Virus record (IMG/VR): IMGVR_UViG_3300025896_000030
Location: 3,763 to 67,762 of that record
Length of the DNA stretch: 64,000 nt
Direction: 5' to 3' (one strand)
Source of the DNA: a virus
Shown here in pieces: positions 57,858-64,000 of the stretch; the first letter of the stretch is position 1; every line of letters starts with the position of its first letter. The position numbers were made by a program, and so were the translations under genes. Below the pieces are notes generated by a model. That model did not search any database, was not told the origin of the DNA, and was given only the letters and a program-made list of their open reading frames with translations.

Positions 57858-58085
57858 ATGAGCATCGATCTGACAAAAGCCCCTTACTATCTGTTGCGAG
57901 ACATGTCTACAGGTACGGCTCGTTTCATCGACTGTTTCGATTTCAATTCCAAGGAAGAAATAGAATGGACGAGAGATCCAAAGACAGCGTGGATTTTTAG
58001 TTGGCATGATGCGATGTCCAAGAGAACGCTTCTTTCCAAATATAGCATCCATGTGGACATAGTATTCCGAAAGGATGCAATGTGA
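57858..58085 (+). CDS. Hypothetical protein (WTxDxxxAxxF family)
   Basis: YYLLRD..EWTRDPKTAWIFS. Confidence 0.5.
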   Translation: MSIDLTKAPYYLLRDMSTGTARFIDCFDFNSKEEIEWTRDPKTAWIFSWHDAMSKRTLLSKYSIHVDIVFRKDAM

Positions 58086-58151
58086 GGCTGAGAGTGCGCG
58101 TTATTCTCAAACTTTACGTCCTACCTCTTTTCTGCTTCGCTAGTAGCTACC

Positions 58152-58793
58152 ATGAAGAAACTATTATCTATCTTCCTCCTTGCTGTGCCTCTGTTCGCTG
58201 CAACTCTGACGTGGACAGACAACTCCAATAATGAATTGGGATTTCACATCGAACGTGCGCCTGTAACGGGGACGAGTACAGGCACGTTCACCCAGATCGG
58301 TATTGTGGGTGAGAACGTGACCACATTTGTGGATAACAATACCGAGTCTGGCAAGCAATATAGCTACCGTGTCCGAGCGTATAATGCAGCAGGGAATTCC
58401 GCATACTCGAACACAGCTAATTGGACTGAGCCCACAGCTCTACAGGTCCCTGCTAACTTCGCATTTGGTGGGATTAAGCTCGCGGACGTGGGGCAGACGC
58501 AAATCTGGTCTGCAACATTTACTTGGACTGACAATAATGCAGACGAGACGTCCTATCGGCTCGAATACAAGAAACAATCCGAAAGCGACACTGCGTGGAA
58601 GCAAGCAGCCACCGTACCTGCGAATGCACAGATCGCACCTACTCCCAATTTGTCTGACATGACGACTGCCTATTCCTTCCGATTAAGAGCAGTTAGAGGG
58701 ACTGAGCTTGGTCCTGTCACTGCAACGATCAACACATCTCCCGCCAACAGTTACCGAGCCTCTACTCCCACCAACCTGAAAACGTCAAAATAA
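58152..58793 (+). CDS. Secreted protein with two fibronectin type III domains
   Basis: Signal peptide MKKLLSIFLLAVPLFA; LTWTDNSNNELGFHIER..YSYRVRAYNAAGNSAYSN; FTWTDNNADETSYRLE..YSFRLRA. Confidence 0.85.
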   Translation: MKKLLSIFLLAVPLFAATLTWTDNSNNELGFHIERAPVTGTSTGTFTQIGIVGENVTTFVDNNTESGKQYSYRVRAYNAAGNSAYSNTANWTEPTALQVPANFAFGGIKLADVGQTQIWSATFTWTDNNADETSYRLEYKKQSESDTAWKQAATVPANAQIAPTPNLSDMTTAYSFRLRAVRGTELGPVTATINTSPANSYRASTPTNLKTSK

Positions 58794-58800
58794 CATCCAC

Positions 58801-59358
58801 ATGAATAATGTCCTACGAAAGTCTCTAGTGCTGCTGCTTAGCAGTTTCCTTGTCTGTACAGCACACGCAGCCTTCATTTCTGGCAACATCACCTTTTCTG
58901 GAGGTGTCGCGCTTAATGGTGACAAGACAGCCGCCACACAAGTCGATGTTTGGCTGAATACTAGCGTCGAGTCAGTCTCGGGCGATTTCTTGAACACCAT
59001 TCAAGCTTCCGATCTCGTTTCCTTCTCTGCGCCTTGGGTGTTCGGCACAGGCATCAACAGTCTGTGGAGTGTCGGAGGATTCTCTTTCGATCTGCTCTCC
59101 TCGAATGTGGTGTTGCAATCGGAGGAATATCTGCTCGTGTCGGGAACAGGCACGATCGTCGATACAGGCGGCACGTATGCTGACACAGCAGGGACGTGGA
59201 GCTTTAGCATTCCCGGGGACAGTGCGTTAGGAATCTTTTCTTTCGCAGCTGCCTCCAAATCACTTCCGGGGTCTACATCGGTTCCGGAGTCAGGGATGAC
59301 AGCATTGCTGCTATTACTGGCACTTAGCACGGTATACGGAGTCAGAAGGTTCGTATAG
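58801..59358 (+). CDS. VPDSG/PEP-CTERM exosortase-substrate surface protein
   Basis: Signal peptide ending TAHA; S/T/G-rich body; C-terminal VPESGMTALLLLLALSTVYGVRRFV. Confidence 0.85.
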   Translation: MNNVLRKSLVLLLSSFLVCTAHAAFISGNITFSGGVALNGDKTAATQVDVWLNTSVESVSGDFLNTIQASDLVSFSAPWVFGTGINSLWSVGGFSFDLLSSNVVLQSEEYLLVSGTGTIVDTGGTYADTAGTWSFSIPGDSALGIFSFAAASKSLPGSTSVPESGMTALLLLLALSTVYGVRRFV

Positions 59359-59395
59359 CCGTTTGGTTAGACTGTTTTCATAGTTATAGGTTTGG

Positions 59396-59432
59396 AACTC
59401 CGTCCTCTTAATTGGGGACGGAGTTTTATTTT
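59396..59432 (+). terminator. Rho-independent terminator
   Basis: aactccgtcctc / ggggacggagtt plus ttatttt. Confidence 0.7.
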
Positions 59433-59458
59433 GGAATCGCGGATACATGGAATAACGT

Positions 59459-59492
59459 GGAAGTATTGCAGAACTAGACACATCCGCGATTT
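59459..59492 (+). repeat. 34-bp direct repeat of 51008-51041
   Basis: ggaagtattgcagaactagac(a/c)catccgcgattt. Confidence 0.8.
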
Positions 59493-59516
59493 GTCCTCCA
59501 CCCGATTAAACAGATC

Positions 59517-59759
59517 ATGAAATCACGCGTGCGCGCCCAATACTTTGTGCAGGGAACCAAAGTCACTCCTTACTACATCATCGACTTTTGGATGGCAGAC
59601 AAAAAGAAATACCTGCCTCTAGGCGATAGTGAGGGCGTCATGAAATTCTCCACAGAATCGGAAGCTGAGAAATTCCGAAAGAAAGCTGTGGAGAAAATGA
59701 ACAACTCCGCCTCCTATGCTAAAGAGCTGTTCCTCCACACTAATGAATCCAAAAGATAA
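59517..59759 (+). CDS. Hypothetical protein
   Basis: ORF after repeat. Confidence 0.45.
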   Translation: MKSRVRAQYFVQGTKVTPYYIIDFWMADKKKYLPLGDSEGVMKFSTESEAEKFRKKAVEKMNNSASYAKELFLHTNESKR

Positions 59760-59982
59760 GAGGAAGCGCATCCAGATCGAGACGTGCAAAAGCATCCTGC
59801 ATAATAGAATGACGGTAATTCTAAATGGAACCAGCATGACGCATTCTGCTTTGGGTCAGATTCAAGGAGACATCATCCGAATGTCTGTGGCATTGTCTGA
59901 AGGACAGCCTGTCGTCATTCTTTCCAAGAGAAGAAAAGACGGAGTGGTATTTGTTCAGTGTGCCGTCCCTCAGGGCTATTGA
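59716..59982 (+). CDS. Hypothetical protein
   Basis: In-operon ORF; start probably MNPKDK. Confidence 0.4.
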   Translation: MLKSCSSTLMNPKDKRKRIQIETCKSILHNRMTVILNGTSMTHSALGQIQGDIIRMSVALSEGQPVVILSKRRKDGVVFVQCAVPQGY

Positions 59983-60035
59983 CTATCCATCATTGACTTT
60001 TCCTTTTCCTTAAAGAGCGTGCAGAAAGTTTCGCC

Positions 60036-60275
60036 ATGAAAAACTTCTTCACCTCACTCCTGAGCGATAACTCAGGTGGATTCTCTACCTACCGAGTCAC
60101 GATGCTTTTCTGGTTCCTCTTGATCTCGTCGATGATGGTGATTGCGACGATCAAAGCACCGGGAACGATTCCAGAAGTTCCTGCCAACACGCTTGCTCTG
60201 ACGCTCGCCATACTGGGTGGAAAAGTGATTCAGCGAATCGGAGAGAAAGCGGAGGACGATGAATCGTCGTCGTAG
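60036..60275 (+). CDS. Two-TM holin-like protein
   Basis: DNSGGFSTYRV, two TM helices, GGKVIQRIGE, charged tail. Confidence 0.55.
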   Translation: MKNFFTSLLSDNSGGFSTYRVTMLFWFLLISSMMVIATIKAPGTIPEVPANTLALTLAILGGKVIQRIGEKAEDDESSS

Positions 60276-60396
60276 ACTCCTTCCCTGCTTCTGTCTTCGC
60301 AGACTGTGCAGGTTTATTTTCGGGAGGAGCAATTCTCCCAGACTCGCGATCAAGTCGATTCGAGTCGGAACGGAACAATCGAATACAAGGAATAAA

Positions 60397-60852
60397 ATGA
60401 ACATCAAACTGAGACCGGGTTACTGGGTTGACGTCGAACTGAAGATCCAGCCCGCGAACGCGAAGGTGGACGGAAAGCTCAACTGGTCTGTCATCGACTC
60501 GGCACCTACTGATCCGGAGGCAGAATACGATGGCACCGTGATCGTGAAAGCATCTCCTGAAACGGGGATCGTGGGACGCATCATTGTTCCCAAGGACGCA
60601 GTCCCCAGCACAGAGGTCGTGCGTGTCACGGGCGATGCTGATCTGGGCGAAGGCGTCTCGGAACTCATTTTCGACATCGAAGTGGAGATCGAATCTCCCA
60701 CAGCGGAAAATCTCGAAGCTTCGACCGTCAGCGAGCCTGTTGCTTTCGACAACATCGACGACGTCGATTTCCCTGCTGAGCCCACGCCTCCAGCCACTGA
60801 GCCTCCCCAAGCTGAGATCACAGCGCAGGTGAAGCGATCGGGAAAGGTCTGA
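60397..60852 (+). CDS. Acidic Ig-like beta-sandwich protein
   Basis: AKVDG..WS, VRVTGDADLGEGV; frame also open from 60259. Confidence 0.45.
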   Translation: MNIKLRPGYWVDVELKIQPANAKVDGKLNWSVIDSAPTDPEAEYDGTVIVKASPETGIVGRIIVPKDAVPSTEVVRVTGDADLGEGVSELIFDIEVEIESPTAENLEASTVSEPVAFDNIDDVDFPAEPTPPATEPPQAEITAQVKRSGKV

Positions 60853-60910
60853 GAACTATTTCCTGTCAGTTACTTGGTCTGACAGGATTCTGAGGACATA
60901 TAGAGTGGAA

Positions 60911-60951
60911 GGGCTAGCGTGATGTTTTGACGCGCTAGCCCTTTTCTTTTT
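60911..60951 (+). terminator. Rho-independent terminator
   Basis: gggctagcg / cgctagccc plus ttttcttttt. Confidence 0.7.
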
Positions 60952-61085
60952 CATGTGCGATGAATGTGGACGATATTATCTTCATCAGCTTTTTAATGGT
61001 GTTCATCATTTGGTGGCTAGCTGATCATGACAGCGACCAGTGACAGTTCGCCTGTATTCTTTAATGGTATTCAAGTGGAAACGGC

Positions 61086-62657
61086 ATGCACGCAGACGTC
61101 CTTGATGAAGTTGAGCGAATGAGTCTTTCCGAGATCGATCTGATCCAGTCGATCTGTCGGGAAAACTTTTATGAGTTCGTGAAAGAATTCATACCCCTCC
61201 TGATTCCCGAGGAGATAGTTTGGAACTGGCATATACAGTTTCTCTGTGATGAATTGCAGGAATCGGCAGAACTCGTGTTCAAGCGACTTCCAAAGAAACA
61301 CGACACGACGATAAACGTTCCACCGTCCACGCTCAAATCGACGATCTGCTCGATTTTGTTTCCTCCCTGGATCTGGACGAGAATGCCCGAGGCTCGAATC
61401 ATCTCCGCGTCCTATGAGCATGTTCTCGCCCTCAACTTCGCGAGAAAGTCACGCGATATTATCGAGTCGGAAAAGTATCAACAGACCTTCCGATTCAAAA
61501 AGCGCAAGGTGAGGCTTCCTTCGGGCACAGTGATCGAGCGTTTCCTACCTTCGATGGATCCTGATGCCCTGCCCATCAAGCTGAAGGACGATACGAATTC
61601 TAAGGGCATGTATGAGAATATGGCGCACGGAGACAGAAAGAGTGTCGGCACGAAAGGGCAGATATTCGGTTCACATTCTCATTTCATCATCGTGGACGAC
61701 CCGATGAATCCCAAGGAGACTGTGTCAGAGCCTGCGCTTGCAGCCGTCAACAGATTCATGGACGAAGTGCTGCCGTCTCGAACTGTGGACAAGAAAGTGA
61801 CCCCGCAGCTGCTCATCATGCAGCGTCTTCATCAAGACGATCCCACAGGACATCAGCTGGCCAAAGCGAAGCCTGGGGAGGTCAGACATATTTGTCTGCC
61901 AGCGAGGAATGAGAAAGGTTCCCTCATTCTTCCCGCTGTCCTCGTGAGGAAATACGATCGTCAGGATGGATTTCTCGATCCCGTGCGACTGGGTCAGGAA
62001 ACGCTCGACTCTCAGCTGCGCAAACTGGGACGGTTCGGGTATGCGGGACAATATGCACAGAATCCTGTCCCCTTGGGAGGAGGTATGTTCGATGTTTCCC
62101 AAGTCAAACGCGGGCGCAGACCACACCTTGATGACTTCATCGAGATTGCCCGTTATTGGGACAAAGCAGGAACGCATAAGGCAGGTGCTAGATCAGCGGG
62201 GGTCAAACTAGCACTCGACAGGTGGGATCGTGTGTGGATTCTCGATTCGAGAAAAGGACAATGGAGCGTGACTGAACGAAACATGGTGATGGAGCAGACT
62301 GCGCAGTCTGACGGTGAAGGCGTCATCGTGGGTCTCGAACAGGAACCTGGTTCGGGAGGGAAAGAGTCTGCGGAGAATTCGATCAAGCGCGAATTTGCTG
62401 GCTACCATGTCATCAAGGACAAGGTGACAGGCGACAAGGTGTACAGAGCCGAACCTCTCGCTGGGCAAATGGGCATAGGCAATGTGTACGTGCCCGACGA
62501 TGCTCCCTGGTGGGAGGACATGAAATCAGAGTTCCAGTTTTTCCCTGTGGGGACATTCAAGGATCAGGTCGATGCTGCGGCAGGGGCATACGCAATGCTC
62601 AACAGGCGAAAGAGAACAGGCTCTCTGTTCGATCATGACGAACGTGGAATTGCTTAA
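61086..62657 (+). CDS. terL: Terminase large subunit
   Basis: WNWHI, INVPPSTLKS, IIVDDP, IMQRLHQDD, QYAQNP, YWDKA, EQEPGSGGK, DQVDA. Confidence 0.92.
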   Translation: MHADVLDEVERMSLSEIDLIQSICRENFYEFVKEFIPLLIPEEIVWNWHIQFLCDELQESAELVFKRLPKKHDTTINVPPSTLKSTICSILFPPWIWTRMPEARIISASYEHVLALNFARKSRDIIESEKYQQTFRFKKRKVRLPSGTVIERFLPSMDPDALPIKLKDDTNSKGMYENMAHGDRKSVGTKGQIFGSHSHFIIVDDPMNPKETVSEPALAAVNRFMDEVLPSRTVDKKVTPQLLIMQRLHQDDPTGHQLAKAKPGEVRHICLPARNEKGSLILPAVLVRKYDRQDGFLDPVRLGQETLDSQLRKLGRFGYAGQYAQNPVPLGGGMFDVSQVKRGRRPHLDDFIEIARYWDKAGTHKAGARSAGVKLALDRWDRVWILDSRKGQWSVTERNMVMEQTAQSDGEGVIVGLEQEPGSGGKESAENSIKREFAGYHVIKDKVTGDKVYRAEPLAGQMGIGNVYVPDDAPWWEDMKSEFQFFPVGTFKDQVDAAAGAYAMLNRRKRTGSLFDHDERGIA

Positions 62658-62663
62658 ATCGCT

Positions 62664-62846
62664 ATGAATACAAAAACAAAAGAGGTCCTGCAACGCATCG
62701 CAGACAATCCCAATGCTGATCAAGAGTCGCGCAACATGGCGAGGAAAGCACTCGATGAAGCTGCGCAGAAGTCAGAGAGTCCCAGCCTAGTCGTTGGACC
62801 TGTAGACAGACCGACACGCGCCGATAAAAGTCCATCGTTGCAATAG
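62664..62846 (+). CDS. Hypothetical protein
   Basis: ORF between terL and portal. Confidence 0.45.
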   Translation: MNTKTKEVLQRIADNPNADQESRNMARKALDEAAQKSESPSLVVGPVDRPTRADKSPSLQ

Positions 62847-62890
62847 GGAAGGAAATATACATAAGCCTGAGCCATCCTTCTTACAGGCTT

Positions 62891-64000
62891 ATGAAACAAT
62901 CTCCTTCCGCCCTGATTGCTAACCTCCTCAAGGAACACGGAGGAGACATCGTTACCAACGCCGTCTTGCTTCGCCAAGACTTTTTCAACAAGTACGCTGC
63001 CGACAAAAAGGACATCGACAAAGAATGCGGGTACCCGAGCCCGATCGATATAGCGCAGTATAAGTCCATATACGATCGGGAAGGAATCGGCACGCGCATC
63101 GTCGATATTTTCCCTGACGAGAGCTGGAAGACAGACCCCGAGGTGCTGGAGAATCCCGACGGCGACTTTACGGAGTGGGAACAAGCTTGGAAGGACGTAG
63201 TCGAGGAACATAATGTCTACGATGTTTTGAATGTCGTGGACAGAATCTCAGGCATCGGGTCGTTTGGGCTTTTGTTCATCGGTATCGACGACGGGGAAAG
63301 GGATTTGTCGAAGCCTGTGGAAGGGATCGATCTGCGCACGGGCAAGCCCACGAACGAATCGACGACCGCCAATCGAAAGATCCTTTTCCTGCGCACGTTC
63401 GATGAATCAGTCATCACGATCGATTCTTACGAAAACGACGTGACCAGTCCTCGCTATGGGATGCCCAACATCTACAAGATCCAGATGGCGCAGGATCTGA
63501 CGAACATAGGAGGTCGCAGATCATCGGGCGCGTCTAGCATGGACTCTGAATCGCTGACGCTGCACTGGACGCGCTGCATTCACGTCGCTGATAACAGACG
63601 AAATTCTGCGATCTTTGGAACACCCCGCATGCAGGAGGTGTTCAATCGTCTCTACGATCTACGCAAGGTGCTAGGCGGCGCCGCCGAAATGTTCTGGAAG
63701 GGGGGTTTTCCCGGGATTGCTTTCGAGTCCCATCCCGATGCCGCCCCTCTGACGACCAAGGAAAAGAAGGGAATAAAGATCGAGTTCGAGAGGTACATGA
63801 ACGGACTGCAAAGGTATTTGGCATTGTCGGGCATGACAGCTAAATCCCTCAGTCCACAAATCGCTGATCCGTCCAATGTGTTCGACACAGCCATCAAGGC
63901 TATTTGTGCCTCCAAAGGAATCCCTTATCGAATTTTTATTGGAACTGAGGAAGCTCAGCTTGCCGGCGCTCAAGACAAGAAATCGTGGAACGAACGAATC
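62891..64000 (+). CDS. Portal protein (DUF1073-like), runs off the window
   Basis: Open frame from ATG 62891: YDREGIGTRIVDIFPDESW, HWTRCIH, FGTPRMQEVFNRLYDLRKVLGGAAEMFW, GIPYRIFIG; follows terL. Confidence 0.85.
   Translation, partial: MKQSPSALIANLLKEHGGDIVTNAVLLRQDFFNKYAADKKDIDKECGYPSPIDIAQYKSIYDREGIGTRIVDIFPDESWKTDPEVLENPDGDFTEWEQAWKDVVEEHNVYDVLNVVDRISGIGSFGLLFIGIDDGERDLSKPVEGIDLRTGKPTNESTTANRKILFLRTFDESVITIDSYENDVTSPRYGMPNIYKIQMAQDLTNIGGRRSSGASSMDSESLTLHWTRCIHVADNRRNSAIFGTPRMQEVFNRLYDLRKVLGGAAEMFWKGGFPGIAFESHPDAAPLTTKEKKGIKIEFERYMNGLQRYLALSGMTAKSLSPQIADPSNVFDTAIKAICASKGIPYRIFIGTEEAQLAGAQDKKSWNERI

Noticed and set aside
51008-59492. 34-bp repeats as attL/attR of an integrated element
   Set aside because: No integrase or transposase between them; region contains core-type phage genes
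1-64000. Genome-wide TAG reassignment
   Set aside because: TAG ends clear genes (polA 44180, chaperone 11976, PEP-CTERM 59358) and core genes are intact in code 11
62891-64000. Anti-CBASS Acb1, a label often attached to DUF1073 proteins
   Set aside because: Position after terL and motifs indicate portal; no 2H phosphoesterase motifs in the visible part

Overview
Most of the genome of a tailed (siphovirus-like) dsDNA bacteriophage. The window opens inside a glycosyltransferase gene and ends inside the portal gene, so the segment joining the two is missing. Order: glycan-modifying cluster (1-2.4 kb); head and tail genes, with a -1 frameshifted tail chaperone (4-22 kb); an atypical lysis-position cassette (lipoprotein with coiled coil and TM helices, small TM protein, lone response regulator); a minus-strand split Rad50/Mre11 operon; a large replication/recombination module (UvrD, sigma-like factor, SNF2, primase, initiator with internal palindromes, DnaB, clamp, clamp loader, PolA in three pieces with a UDG fusion, SSB, RecA); a complete 7-deazaguanine (preQ1) DNA-modification pathway in two clusters (queD, queE, folE2, dpdA; queF, queC); a repeat-bounded accessory region holding terS, a secreted fibronectin-III protein and a VPDSG/PEP-CTERM protein; then terL and portal. 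The VPDSG-type signal points to a Verrucomicrobiota host (inference). No integrase, tRNA, CRISPR array or recognisable endolysin was seen. All calls come from motif recognition by eye; no searches were run.
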